Of a DNA stretch of 64,000 bases, positions 39,298 to 50,515 are shown piece after piece (within the stretch, counting starts at the first letter, position 1; each line of letters starts with the position of its first letter). The position numbers and the translations under genes were made by a program. Below the pieces are notes generated by a model, which was not told the DNA's origin, made no database searches, and worked only from the letters and a program-made list of their open reading frames with translations. The DNA comes from an uncultured Nitrososphaerota archaeon (GTDB taxonomy: Archaea; Thermoproteota; Nitrososphaeria; Nitrososphaerales; CADDZS01), in assembly GCA_963799845.1 (NCBI GenBank), contig CAWCYI010000005.1:1-64000 (forward strand), given 5' to 3'.

Positions 39298-39866
39298 TTC
39301 TGGCCGTTACGTTGAATCGCAGTAATCGTCGCCTTTTCCGGCACCAGCGCGTAGCTTGAAAATTCATCTTCATCGATCTTCAGCACATGTGCTATCGCAG
39401 CTCTGATCACGTCCGCATGTGTCACTGCTATTACTGCCCCTCCGTCAACGGAACTCATGAATTTCTCAACTCGCTCGGCTACTGCGGAAATCCGTTCTAT
39501 TTCGTGCTTATCCAAGTCAGAGTAGAGTTCAATCTCCTGCTCGATAGACGGGACGACCGTTTCATTCGCACGTCCATGATCCCTCTCAGTGAGCAGCTCC
39601 TGCAATTGAGGAGATAGACCAAGCGCCCTCGAGATTATTTCCGAGGTCTCTATTGCCCTCACCAAAGGACTCGTGTAAATCCTCTTGATAGGCTGAGACG
39701 ACAATTCTTCGCTCAGTCTTTCTACCTGTTTTCTACCCCGTTCCGTCAAGTGATACTTGTTCCTGTCCACCGTGAGTAGTTTCAAAATATTCGATTCACT
39801 CTCGCCGTGTCGAACGAAGAGGATGGTAGTGGTTTGCTTTGCTTTCTTCTTCTCCTTCAACCTCAT
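39231..39866 (-). CDS. Histidine phosphatase (phosphoglycerate mutase superfamily)
   Basis: VRHGES, TSPLVRAIET, VTHADVIR; ATG at 39866 overlaps the oppC stop. Confidence 0.88.
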   Translation of the reverse strand: MRLKEKKKAKQTTTILFVRHGESESNILKLLTVDRNKYHLTERGRKQVERLSEELSSQPIKRIYTSPLVRAIETSEIISRALGLSPQLQELLTERDHGRANETVVPSIEQEIELYSDLDKHEIERISAVAERVEKFMSSVDGGAVIAVTHADVIRAAIAHVLKIDEDEFSSYALVPEKATITAIQRNGQKWKIIAIGSPGVTSKIAKAIGV

Positions 39867-40735
39867 CGACCTCTTTCGACTTGGAGCGCGGCCCTTAGCC
39901 CGTCTCCTAGCAGACTGAACCCTGCCGCGACAATCATTATTATAGCCGCGGGGATCAGTGAAAGCCATGGCGCCCTTAGTAGATAATCTTGGTATTGTGC
40001 AATCATAGCTCCCCAATCGGGGTTCGGTGGCCTCACCGCAAGGCCCAGATAAGACAGACCCGCGTAGGTAAAAACTACAGTTCCCACATCTAGCGTTGCG
40101 TAAACAAGAAGTATCGGAATTGATACCGCGATTATGTGTCGGACAACAATCCTGTAACTGGGAACTCCTGAAATCTTCGCCGCCTCAACATAATTCGCCC
40201 CCGAAAGGCGCAGCGCTTCTCCCCTTGACAATCTTGCATATTGAGGCCACCAAATTACCGACAATGCCAGCATTACGTTTACAGGACTGACTCCGAGGAT
40301 CACTGTCACAGCAAGGCCGAGGATCAGAACAGGGAAAGTGAAGAAGACGTCAGTCACTCGCATTAAGGCTTCGTCATACAAGCCGCCCTTGAATCCTGCA
40401 AAGGATCCAATAATGCTACCCACTGACAGTCCCACGAATACAACGACTACGCTAACCATCGCATCGTTTGGAGCACCGGCAATAATTCTGCTAAGCAAAT
40501 CCATTCCCAGATCAGTGGTTCCGAACGGGTGTAAGGCACTAGGAGGCGCAAGGACCGGTCCGACGAATGTCTTCAGCGGATTGTAGGGCAAAATAGCATA
40601 TCCACCGATTGCTTCGACTAGGGAAATCGCGAAGAAGCTTGCTACAATACCAAATCCAAACTTTGTCTCTTTATTGTACCTGATAAGCCTCCAGATCGTC
40701 CTACCTCTGCCGCTGGATCTTTTCCTTTGGAGCAA
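39863..40735 (-). CDS. oppC: ABC permease (OppC-like)
   Basis: HPFGTTDLGMD, YVEAAKISG, LSYLGL...PDWG. Confidence 0.92.
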   Translation of the reverse strand: MLQRKRSSGRGRTIWRLIRYNKETKFGFGIVASFFAISLVEAIGGYAILPYNPLKTFVGPVLAPPSALHPFGTTDLGMDLLSRIIAGAPNDAMVSVVVVFVGLSVGSIIGSFAGFKGGLYDEALMRVTDVFFTFPVLILGLAVTVILGVSPVNVMLALSVIWWPQYARLSRGEALRLSGANYVEAAKISGVPSYRIVVRHIIAVSIPILLVYATLDVGTVVFTYAGLSYLGLAVRPPNPDWGAMIAQYQDYLLRAPWLSLIPAAIIMIVAAGFSLLGDGLRAALQVERGR

Positions 40736-40736
40736 A

Positions 40737-41753
40737 TTAGGCGTACCTCACTCGTGGGTCGACAAGCGAGTAAATTATATCAGCAGTAAGATTGGTGATT
40801 ACAATTATTAGAGCGAAAACCAAAGTCACTCCGAGTATGGCAGGATAGTCAAACGCAAGAGTCGCCGTGACCGCGAATTGCCCCAGACCCGGATATGAAA
40901 AAATATTCTCGACGAAAATTACCCCACCAAATGTCGCTATCGAGAGTGTTGAAAGGAGACTCACCAGTGTTAGTATAGCGTTTCTGAAAGCGTAGCCAAA
41001 AATCACCCCGTTCTCTGAGACGCCTCTCGAGCGCGCGGCTCTTACAAAGTTCAGATTGAGTGAGTCGAGTATTGATGAACGCAAGACCCTAGTCGCAATT
41101 CCATAGAGGCCCAAAGAAAGGGCGAGACTCGGAAGGATAGCATGATAGAGTAAGCTCCAGAAGGCCGCCCAGTCTCCATCAATTAGGGCATCGAGCATGG
41201 GAATCCCGGTCACTGTCTTGGGAAGTGCTATCGTTATGTCGATTGGTTTTGATGTCGGAAATATAGGAATGAAGAAGGCGAAGACGACGATCAGGATGAG
41301 TGCAATGAAGAAGGACGGCGCCGCCCAAAATACAAAGTAAACGATTCTTATGATCTTGTCGGGAATCTTGCCCGAATATTTTGCTGAGAGTAATCCACTG
41401 GCGATAGTGAATACTATCGTAAACAACATTGCCAGCATCCACAATTGGAGGGTATAGGGAAGCTTCTGCGCTATCGCCGTACTCACTGGCTCTCCTGCAG
41501 TGAGAGAATATCCCAGCTGTAGGTGGGCAAGCCCATTCAGATAGTAGAAGTACTGTATGTAGACTGGGTCCTTGAGATGATATTCACTCGTATAGAGCTT
41601 GACCAATTCCGGACTGGGAGGTATCTTTCCAAGAAAGGTTGCGAGCGGATTTACTGGTAGAAGATGAGCTATTGTGAACGTGATGAATGTAGCGCCCAGA
41701 AGCACCAGAATAGAGGTTCCAAACCTTCTAGTGAGAAAAGTTAGAAACCCCAC
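40737..41753 (-). CDS. oppB: ABC permease (OppB-like)
   Basis: FVRAARSRG, VENIFSYPGLG, DIIYSLVDPRVR. Confidence 0.92.
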   Translation of the reverse strand: MGFLTFLTRRFGTSILVLLGATFITFTIAHLLPVNPLATFLGKIPPSPELVKLYTSEYHLKDPVYIQYFYYLNGLAHLQLGYSLTAGEPVSTAIAQKLPYTLQLWMLAMLFTIVFTIASGLLSAKYSGKIPDKIIRIVYFVFWAAPSFFIALILIVVFAFFIPIFPTSKPIDITIALPKTVTGIPMLDALIDGDWAAFWSLLYHAILPSLALSLGLYGIATRVLRSSILDSLNLNFVRAARSRGVSENGVIFGYAFRNAILTLVSLLSTLSIATFGGVIFVENIFSYPGLGQFAVTATLAFDYPAILGVTLVFALIIVITNLTADIIYSLVDPRVRYA

Positions 41754-41827
41754 CGCTTCGAATCACCGTTGCGGAGGATTTCCAATTCCCAGCATCGCAG
41801 GAACTTTTCTGTTTCAGAGACGGGCAA

Positions 41828-43835
41828 TCATTGAATTGTGTTGATTAGAGGCACGTCTGAGACCCCTATTAGGTTCGGCTCGATGAAATAGCTGTGTACG
41901 TAGTTTAGATTGTAGGCGTAAGATCCGTCAATGAGGGGATACTGTGCCGCAAATAGCCATGCATACGGAGCGTCATTGTATATCTGCTGCTGAGCTCAGC
42001 TGCAATTGCTGGAGGATGGCGGTTTGGTTGTCGCTCGTTGCCATCAAGTTGACTGCCTGATCTACGATTGGATTGTTGTAGATCGCAAAGTTTCCGTTGA
42101 ATGAACCGTTGGTCACGAAGCCACCCCAGAAATCTGTGGGAGCCAAATAGTCCGGTGCAAATCCAGCCGGCGGTGTGAAGGCCATCTCATTAACAACGGA
42201 TGCATTCTCTGCTTCTATGTAGTAGGGGTTGTAGTAATTTCCCCACACCGAGTGAGGCACTACCTGAAGACTGAGAGTGATCCCTATTTGGGCAAGATCG
42301 GCCTGGATGAGTGTTGCTGCCGGCTCTTCCCAGCTTATTCCATTCTGGTCAATTTGGAACGATATCGTCGGAACACCTTTGCCGTTAGGATACCCAGCTT
42401 GAGTCATTTCTTGCTGTGCAAGAGTTAGGTTGAATTGATACGGAGGGAGGTTTCCAGGATCATAGTACGGGCCGTAATTGGGTGATTCGGGACCCATGAA
42501 CTGGACGCCGTGCCCAAAGGCTATTTGTTGGATTAATTGCGAGTAATTTATCGCGTGCACGACTGCTTGCCTGATCAGCGTAACATTAAACGGGAAAACC
42601 AGGTTGTTCATGTTGAGGAAAACAAGCACTGCCGGGTACTTTGTGTTGACGATACCGTATGCGGGATTGTTCTGAATAAGTTGGAAATTGCTAGTAAAGA
42701 GCGAAGCCATTTGAACCTTATTCGTGGTCAAATCTATGTATCTCACGGTGTCACTTCCGCCTACGTAGATGATTACATTCTTGAAGTGTCCTGGGTCATT
42801 CTCTGCATTTCCCGCAATCTGCGAACTGGTCAAGTTGTTGCCCCAGTATGTCGGATTCTTTGAGAATTCCACAAAGACCCCGTTTTGTAGATTTGAAATT
42901 ATGTAGGGGCCTGTACCGGGAATCGGATTTGTATTGAAATACGAATTTATGGTGGTTGGATTGCCGGGACCTCCATGCTGCAAAACATACATCGAGTCGA
43001 ATATGATGCCTTCGTATCCGGCGAGAGTGTTAAGCAGGAATAGAAATGGTCCAATCATTCTAAAGTTAATAGAGTATTGTCCGGTCACGTAAATTGGGAG
43101 ATTTGAGTTCTCCATTATACTCAAGACTTGCTGGGATGGGCTAGCTATTCCGCTCTGGTTAATTAGGGCAAATGTCGCAGGGCCAACATCTATCGACGAA
43201 GTATTGAACAAGTTAATTCCAGCCCAGAAGCTGGATGCGTTACCTGAGAGATACCACCAGTAGTACATCTCAGTCCAGACCTGATACGCATTGAACGGAC
43301 TGCCATCGGAGAAAGTAACGCCCTGTCTCAGATTGAATGTGTAGGTCGTTCCATCAGAGGACACGTTCCAGCCAGTTGCAAGGCTTGGCAAGAATTGTGT
43401 GACTCCTTGATTTTGCTGTGCTGTGAGGTTGACATTGACGAGAGTCTGATACATTGCTCCCTCCATCCAATCCGGATAGGGGTCTCCAAAAACCGCGTAC
43501 AGCTGGTTTACGGCAGGACCAGGATATCTGTAATCATCAATGCTGAGAGTATCATTGGGTAAAGAAGATGAAGATGAAGAACTTGAAGTGGAAGAACCTG
43601 AAGAAGAGGAAGTTGCAGAATTACTCGAGCCACCGGTCGTTACCGTGGACACTGATACGTTGGTTACCGTCGTCGTATTGGGCGCACCCGTAGTAGCAAC
43701 TGTGGAGACAGACACATTGGTTACTGTCGTGGTGTTGTGAACACCCGTAGCGATCCCAACTGCGGCGGCCGCTATGATAACAACGATGACAATTACAGCA
43801 ACCGCAAGTACAGTTGTGCTTATGCGAACTTTCAA
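41828..43835 (-). CDS. oppA: ABC family-5 substrate-binding protein (OppA-like; frameshift near 41995)
   Basis: PSLATGWNVSSDG..YTFNLRQGVTFSDG, GTGPY; C-terminus QQIYNDAPYAWL...NTIQ* continues in another frame to 41828. Confidence 0.9.
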
Positions 43836-43870
43836 AATGACTCTCGATTTCGACCTCGTTACAATCCATT

Positions 43871-43918
43871 TCTTAAAAATAACCTACTTACTCTAAATAA
43901 CCTATTTACTCTAAATAG
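43871..43918 (-). promoter_or_regulatory. TATA-like box plus 18-bp tandem repeat upstream of the ABC operon
   Basis: + strand AAATAACCTACTTACTCT AAATAACCTATTTACTCT AAATAG (43877-43918) adjoining minus-strand TTTTTAAGA about 40 bp before the oppA start. Confidence 0.6.
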
Positions 43919-44267
43919 AACCGGTTGCGCTCTCTCAGTACTGCTTTTTGATAACGGTGGAACATCAAGATACCTCACTCAATGAAGATGTCTGTGTGAC
44001 TAGGATCTTTTAATTGCGTCGGAACTTTTTATCGGTGGTAACAAAATCTGATTGGGTTCAACTCTGTCGATCTCTTCTTCTTTCAACACACGTCTGGCCA
44101 GATCTTCGACCTCTTGAGAGGCAAGTAGAGCTTCCTGTTGATTGCCGAGTTTGGGAGTGGCTTGCCATAGGTCAATGCTTCACTTTTGCAATGTCAAAAA
44201 GTAACTCGAGGGATCGAAAAGCAGGAAGAAGTACCCGGAAGTTCGGCAGAAGCACGCGGCCAGAAGT

Positions 44268-45461
44268 CTATTGATTCTTGAGGTACTCAGCAAAGAGTGG
44301 ATGGAATATGCTGTACTTCCCTCGGTCAGATCGTACCAAGAGCTCCTCATCCTCCAGCCTGGCGAAGAGCCGGGATGCCCCCTTGAATTGACTGAAAGCG
44401 CCGGGTGAGACCAATTTGGTGTCTTTCTTTGCGATCTCAATTAGCAGTCTTCTCTCGGTGGGCGAAGCGTGTTGGAACTTTTGTGCGAAGATTTGCCGTC
44501 CAAGTAGAGCCTCTATCCTCGGCCAATTCTGAGTGAAGGATCCAACGTCCACTGACTTCACTTGTCCGAGCATGTTCAACAGCTCGTGCATTGTGAACAT
44601 CAGCAAGTATGGATGACCGCCTGTCTTCTCCAAAATCACCCTAATTGTTTCATCGCTGACTCTTACATTACTGGCAACGGATTTCAAACGTATCTCTACA
44701 GCCTCTTTCGCATCTTCAAAGGCAAACATGTTCAGATCTATCGGCCTAAAGAACCGCCCAAGCGGCTCTGCAACTTCGGCTATATCGGTAAAAAGGAGGG
44801 TGGGGGCTGTAATGATTAATGAATAATTGCACTTGCGATTCACCAATTCCTGAAAAGTAGTTCTGAGTGTTAGATATGCTGACTCCTCTTTATGTAGCGG
44901 AAAATAATGCAGGTCGTCAAGCATAATGAAAGCAATTTGCGTTCCGGATGGTGCGAGGTGCTTATTCCACAGTACTTGGAGGGTGTCCAACAGTCTCGGT
45001 TTCCGTTCCTCAGGTTTTCTTGTTGCCCCGACCGGGCCCAAGTTAAGACTTATTTCCCATTTTCCGAGTTCCGCTTTGATCTTCTTCGTTATTTTCCCTG
45101 AGGATGTTAGATTCGATGGGATGTCCTGGAGAAAGTCAGAGGTGAACCTCTCCCAATTTTGGCATGATTCGGGAGACAGTGCGAAATAGATGCAAACGCA
45201 CTTTATCTCCTTCTGAAGGTCTTCGATAACCACTTGTCTGAATTTGTACAGAACGGACGTCTTCCCTTGTCCCCATGTTCCAAGTATTGCATAGTTTACA
45301 GGTGTAGGTATCTTCAGTCTCCCGGAGTTGATAGCCATACGTCTGAAATCTCTCAACTCCGTTTTTCTGTCCGCGAAGTATTCGGGCTGTGCGGGTTGCT
45401 GCGGGGAAAACGGGTTCAAATTGTCATTCTTGTCATGATCGTCATTTGGCAACCTAATCAC
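44268..45461 (-). CDS. AAA_16/archaeal ATPase with C-terminal wHTH
   Basis: NPFSP, FADRKTEL, GTWGQGKT, MLDDLH, TGGHPY, RGKYSIFHPLF; real start may be TTG at 45419. Confidence 0.88.
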   Translation of the reverse strand: MIRLPNDDHDKNDNLNPFSPQQPAQPEYFADRKTELRDFRRMAINSGRLKIPTPVNYAILGTWGQGKTSVLYKFRQVVIEDLQKEIKCVCIYFALSPESCQNWERFTSDFLQDIPSNLTSSGKITKKIKAELGKWEISLNLGPVGATRKPEERKPRLLDTLQVLWNKHLAPSGTQIAFIMLDDLHYFPLHKEESAYLTLRTTFQELVNRKCNYSLIITAPTLLFTDIAEVAEPLGRFFRPIDLNMFAFEDAKEAVEIRLKSVASNVRVSDETIRVILEKTGGHPYLLMFTMHELLNMLGQVKSVDVGSFTQNWPRIEALLGRQIFAQKFQHASPTERRLLIEIAKKDTKLVSPGAFSQFKGASRLFARLEDEELLVRSDRGKYSIFHPLFAEYLKNQ

Positions 45462-45617
45462 ACCTCGTTGAGTCTATATCGCTGAATCTTGGCTATGCCG
45501 CGACAAGTTCTATGTATCAGCCTGCCTCCATAGTAGACTCCTTCACCAGGGTAGACCTTGCGCCCACAAATTGCACAAGTTTTGTAACCCATGTCATTAT
45601 TGTCATGATTGTCATTT
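45421..45617. repeat. Two 27-bp blocks of three 9-mers each (45421-45447 and 45591-45617)
   Basis: TTGTCATTC TTGTCATGA TCGTCATTT versus ATGTCATTA TTGTCATGA TTGTCATTT (24 of 27 identical). Confidence 0.75.
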
Positions 45618-45659
45618 TTAAGGCCACTGGGGATACAGTCCTGAACAGGGAGATAACAC

Positions 45660-46627
45660 TTGAATTGCTTGTCTTGCGGAAGAGGAGTGTCGATTCCTGA
45701 GGCAACTTTCTGTCCTTATTGCGGAACAAAGAATCTTACTGAAAAACCACTTGACCGCTTACAGAAACTTAAGTTAAACATAGAAAAATCTGGATTCCCA
45801 CTTGAATTGGATGTGAATGATATTCTCGAAAAGAGAAAGTGGACAACTACACCTAGTTTCTATTTTGTCGATGATGATTCGGGCAAACTTAGGGAGATTG
45901 ATAACTATGCATTCCCACCTCAAGATGACATTCTGAAAAAGATGATTCAGCCTGTGTCGGTAAGTGTCAATCTTCTCGTTGAATGCAAGAAACTTGTGAA
46001 TGAAGCGGTAGTTATCTTTGGAATGAACAAGAAAGTTGTCACATACTATGACTTTCACGGACAAATGCAAGAATTTCCTGACATCATAGAAAAGAGACAA
46101 AGAACTGGAAATCCTCTGAAAGAGTTTGATTTAGGGTGGTTCCTCGGACATGATGTTGGCTTTCATTATCAAAAATTGGCAGGAGATATCGGTGTAGACT
46201 CACGGGATGAAATATGATAAACCACCGAAGGAAGAAGAGGATGAATTGGTCTATGACGGGATGATGAAACTTGTAAAAGCCCAAAGTTATGAAGTCGGGC
46301 AAAATATCATGAGACAGAAGGAACTTGCCCACGGGTATTATCCGTTATTTTTTACATTCCTTACTCTCGTAATTGATGGAATGATTGTATATTCAAAGAA
46401 TGGAATTGAACCGAAACAAATCCAACACGGAATCGCAAGCATCGGAAACAGGCCCAACTATTACGGTGAAGTTATGGGGGCACTTGATTGATGTTGTTAC
46501 GAAAGATTACTTTGAAGAATATTTGAAACTCCTTGAATATGAAACAGAAAAACTTGTTTCACGCCTCGAAGGAAAGAAAGGTGATTTGACAGCATTCTTG
46601 AAGAAACCAGACCCGAACGTTTACTGA
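45660..46627 (+). CDS. Zn-ribbon plus PD-(D/E)xK nuclease-like protein (two frameshifts)
   Basis: CLSCG..FCPYCG; KSGFPLE...REID...LVECKK; continues through ORFs 46207-46491 and 46385-46627. Confidence 0.65.
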
Positions 46628-46938
46628 TTCAGATCTTGATTAACTCTAATCGCGCAAAACTGGTCTAGAGACAGCTGCGATAGTCGCGATCATTGCAAAT
46701 AACGGGCCTGCAGCTTGTTACACGCTAAAGTCTAGAATGAATGTCAACGGTCAGTAATCTGATAACTCAAGGCGGTGTTCATAAAATAGACGATGGTTAT
46801 TTCCTTAGTTTTCACGGAAAAGAACGACTAAAGGAATCCAAAAAGTAAGTTAGTCTTAACAGTCCGAAAAGTCAATCCCTGACCACTAAAGTAGGTAATA
46901 TCTATTCGCAATACCAGCCTTTGATTTGATCGCACGAA

Positions 46939-47049
46939 TTGGCGCCGATTTCCCAAAGAATCATCTTAATCGTTGTACTTACACTAATTGTAATAGTCGT
47001 AGTAGTCGTTTATCGCGCCTTGAAGGGTGAAAAATTAACGAATCTGTAA
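46939..47049 (+). CDS. Single-TM microprotein (36 aa)
   Basis: Hand translation from TTG: MAPISQRIILIVVLTLIVIVVVVVYRALKGEKLTNL*. Confidence 0.4.
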   Translation: MAPISQRIILIVVLTLIVIVVVVVYRALKGEKLTNL

Positions 47050-47637
47050 TTATCCACAATCCCTGACCGCTTGCTAACATGCCGTCGCCAAGTCTGAAAA
47101 CTGAAATTTCTCACCGTTAAAATTCGGTGTTCAAGGCTTGGTTTCTGGATTTGGCTTTGGATTCAAAACGTGGAATCTATTAATGTCGAATAGAATGCTG
47201 ATCAATGTAACCACGCCGAACAAGACAAAAAGCACGGGGATGGCTTGCACATCCTCATTCCTTTGAATAATAAGATAGGAAATGAGTGAGAATATCGCCG
47301 TAATGATGCAGACCCTCAGCTATGAGGTCACTTCTAATGTTCATCGTGGAAAAGCTGGCTTCCTTGAGTTTATATCAAGTTGTATTCTCTTTAAGCGGCG
47401 GGGTCGCTCCATTGCTGCATTCTGTATTAGGGTCATCAATTTGTTAGGTCGCCCCTCAACTTTGATTCAGGCCTTCTCTGCCAAGGTGTTAGTTTTCTAA
47501 TCTCATATTTGGACTGGAAGTGCCACCGGAAAACTTAAGGCCTCAAATCACCACGAACCGAACAGCGGCAGAAAAAAACTGTTTGAGCGAATAGAACCCA
47601 AAAATGAATAGCATATTACACTATTCTTAGATCGGAC

Positions 47638-47877
47638 TCAGACAACAGTCTGTTCGATCCAGTTCACTACATTATCGCAGCATACAAAACTAGTATTCTT
47701 TATTCTTCCTTCTTGAGTCACAGATAGGGATATCGGAGCTTGACACTCCCTGTGGTTTGCCGCCCTGCAATTTTCACAAATGATATTGGATCTAGACATA
47801 TTACTTGCTCCATTGATTCCGGTTGCTCTCACGTTTTGGTGAAATGAACTTGAGATGTTTGACATAGACTTGTTCAT
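47638..47877 (-). CDS. Small Cys/His-rich hypothetical protein
   Basis: CENCRAANHREC...VCCD. Confidence 0.4.
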   Translation of the reverse strand: MNKSMSNISSSFHQNVRATGINGASNMSRSNIICENCRAANHRECQAPISLSVTQEGRIKNTSFVCCDNVVNWIEQTVV

Positions 47878-48121
47878 TTTCTTTACAACATTAATTGATA
47901 GCGCTAAACTGACGCAAAGAGATTACGCTATAATCGTTTGTCAGCAGAGGTACATCAACTCATGATTTCAATCTATTTTCAGATCTTGAAAACAATCTCG
48001 AATCAAGAGATGAAATTATCTCTTCAAATGATGATGAATCTCGTTTAGATTTGTTTCTCATTCGAATGGCACCGGCAGGATTCTTCATGACCCTCTGCTT
48101 TGCATGAAGGCGACGAGATGG

Positions 48122-48935
48122 CTAGACCCGACCCTGAGCCGCTTGGATCGCGGGCTCGTCTCCTCCGGGACCTCGGAGCACGTACGCCGCGACGACCGCC
48201 AATAACGCTCCGGCGATCGGACCAACTAAGTAGACCCAGAAGTGAACGAAGTTCAGGAGAATAGATCTGGTCCGAACGACCGAGCAGGGTTCATCGATGC
48301 ACCGCTGATCGGGCTCCCCCACAGGCCTGCTAACGCTATGTATCCCCCCACCGCCAGCGCGGATAGTGGACCCACGTTCTGCGATTTAGATGCCGTTCCA
48401 AGGATTGTGCTTACCAGTCCGAGAGTCAGCACGAGCTCCTCCATCATCGCCTGGAGGTCTGAGACTCCGGTCCCCGGTTCGGTCGCCCCCAGCATCCCCG
48501 CTCTGCCGAACATCAGCCAGAGGAACACGCACGCGACGGTTGCGCCTAGGAGCTGGGCTGCAATGTACCCGGGAACCCGCTTCCAGGGAAAGTCCCCCCG
48601 CGCTGCGAAGCCGATGCTAACAGCCGGGTTGAGGTGGGCTCCCGACACCGCGCCCATGAACAAAATGATGGCCATCACCATGACGCCGGGCGCTACGACG
48701 GCCGCTACGCGGCCGACCATCCCTAGGCTGACGACGTTTACCACATCGGCTCCAGCCGCAACGAGGACGAGGAAGAACGTACCGAAGACTTCACCGAACA
48801 ACCTCCGCCACTCTAGTCGGGGATTTTCGAAGTCTTTTCGGTTGAGCTCGTACCACCACATGTATGCTTCGCCAACGAATTCTAGGATTCCACGAGAAGG
48901 GCCTGGTCATACATGGCGGTATCCTTGTCAGTCAT
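48122..48935 (-). CDS. Aquaporin (MIP family; frameshifts)
   Basis: SGAHLNPAVS and GASMNPARS; WVYLVGPIAGA in the next frame. Confidence 0.92.
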
Positions 48936-49061
48936 GTTTTTCCTTTGAGGGACTCCTCCCCTCCGCTCATTGTTGGGACAATTATTGTTTGTTGAGAGGC
49001 CCGAACCGAACGACGTTAAAGGCTTTACAATCGTACTGGCGGTATCTTGGAAATGTAATAA

Positions 49062-49541
49062 TTGACCGTGGAACTGATAATCCTCAGGCATGGTGAAACT
49101 GGGAATCGTGCACGCGGTCTTACTGCCTCTGGAAGGAAGAAGATGGAGGACGCAGCGAACTCCATTAATGATCTGAAGCTTCAAATTCATAAGATCGTAA
49201 CTAGTCCGCTAACTAATGCCCGAGAGACCGCCGAGATCGTTGCCAGGGTGTTGAACAAGCAAAAGGATCTCGAGATCTGGGACGAACTGAAACCGGAAGC
49301 TGAAACGGCTGACCTGTATCGTCGGCTATCGAAATTCAAAGGGGAGTCGTCCATCCTTCTCGTGGGCCACGAACCTTACCTCAGCAACATGATTAGCGAG
49401 TTGATCTCAGGTGGTAAAAGGAGTCGAATCCTCCTGAAAAAGGGTGGAATGGCAAAGGTCGTCATCGATTCCCTCGCGCCGAAGACCTCGGACGAACTTA
49501 GGTGGCTGCTCACTCCTAGACAGATCAAAAAGATCTCCTAA
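49062..49541 (+). CDS. sixA: SixA-like phosphohistidine phosphatase
   Basis: ILRHG, TSPL, LVGHEPYLS, LKKGG, LRWLLTP. Confidence 0.85.
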   Translation: MTVELIILRHGETGNRARGLTASGRKKMEDAANSINDLKLQIHKIVTSPLTNARETAEIVARVLNKQKDLEIWDELKPEAETADLYRRLSKFKGESSILLVGHEPYLSNMISELISGGKRSRILLKKGGMAKVVIDSLAPKTSDELRWLLTPRQIKKIS

Positions 49542-49594
49542 TTCAGAGACAGATTGATGTTGAACGGATCTGACGGCGTCAGTCCATTGAACGA

Positions 49595-50415
49595 CTACTT
49601 GATGGTGATCGAATCGAGATTTTTGGCCTCTGGTGGATAATGCAAGTCCATATCTTCCAGTGTTCTCACAATGACTGTTGAGATAATAACATCTCGAAAC
49701 CAGTCATGATTTGCCGGTATGTGATACCAGGGAGCCCATTTTGTGCTGGTTTTTTCCAAAGCATCCTCATACGCCTTCATGTACTCCGACCAGAACTCTC
49801 GTTCCGGCAGGTCATGTATACTGAATTTCCACCTCTTTGTAGGATGTTGAGACGATCTTGCAGTCGCTTCTTTTGTTCGTCTTTGTCAATATGCAAAAAG
49901 AATTTCAAAATGACCGTACCTTCTTCCGTCAGCGATCGCTCAAAATCGTTGATCTCTTCGTACCGGCCTTTCCAGACTTCTTCAGGGACTAGCTTGTGAA
50001 CACGAGCGATAAGTACTCCCTCGTAATGACTGCGGTTGAATATGACGATCTCACCCTTGCCAGGTACCTGCGTGTGAACTCGCCACAGGAAATCGTGGTC
50101 GAGTTCTTCTGGAGTGGGGACCCCGAAATGCGCGACGCGCACGCCTGATGGATTCACTCCCTCAAAGACACGTCTAATCGTACCATCTTTGCCGCCAGTG
50201 TCCATCGCTTGGAGAACGATTAGCAACTTGTGTTTGTGCTCGGCGTAAAGCTTTTCTTGGAGTTCTTCCATCTTCCGAGTCAGTTTCTCCGATTGTTTTA
50301 GAGCATCTTCCTTCTTTCCATCGAAACCTGACGTGTCGCTGGGATTCCAGTGATTCAGGCGGACCTTTTGCCCCGGATGGATTCTGTAGCGTCTGATGTG
50401 AGAGTCGGCTGTCAA
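49595..50415 (-). CDS. ppk2: Polyphosphate kinase 2 (frameshift near 49830)
   Basis: LQAMDTGGKDG, HDFLWR, FNRSHYE, KFFLHI; APWYHIPANHDWFR in the second frame. Confidence 0.92.
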
Positions 50416-50515
50416 TCTGTATCACAGTTTTTGCAGGCGAGTTTCTTATCTGTTTTGTGAGCAAAGACCGCTTCATGCTGCGACATCACCAGGGTACTGA
50501 GGCAAGAGGGTTCTG

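Noticed and set aside
43540-43740. Acidic + strand ORF (EDEDEELEVEEPEEEE)
   Set aside because: Antisense shadow of the Ser/Thr linker of oppA.
47132-47320. Minus-strand two-TM reading frame LRVCIITAIFSLISYLII...
   Set aside because: An in-frame TAG lies just upstream and there is no standard start for the full frame; cannot be supported as a gene.
48242-49096. 284-aa + strand ORF and similar long overlapping ORFs at 50-64 kb
   Set aside because: Antisense or alternate-frame shadows of GC-rich genes (aquaporin, P-type ATPase, glg genes).
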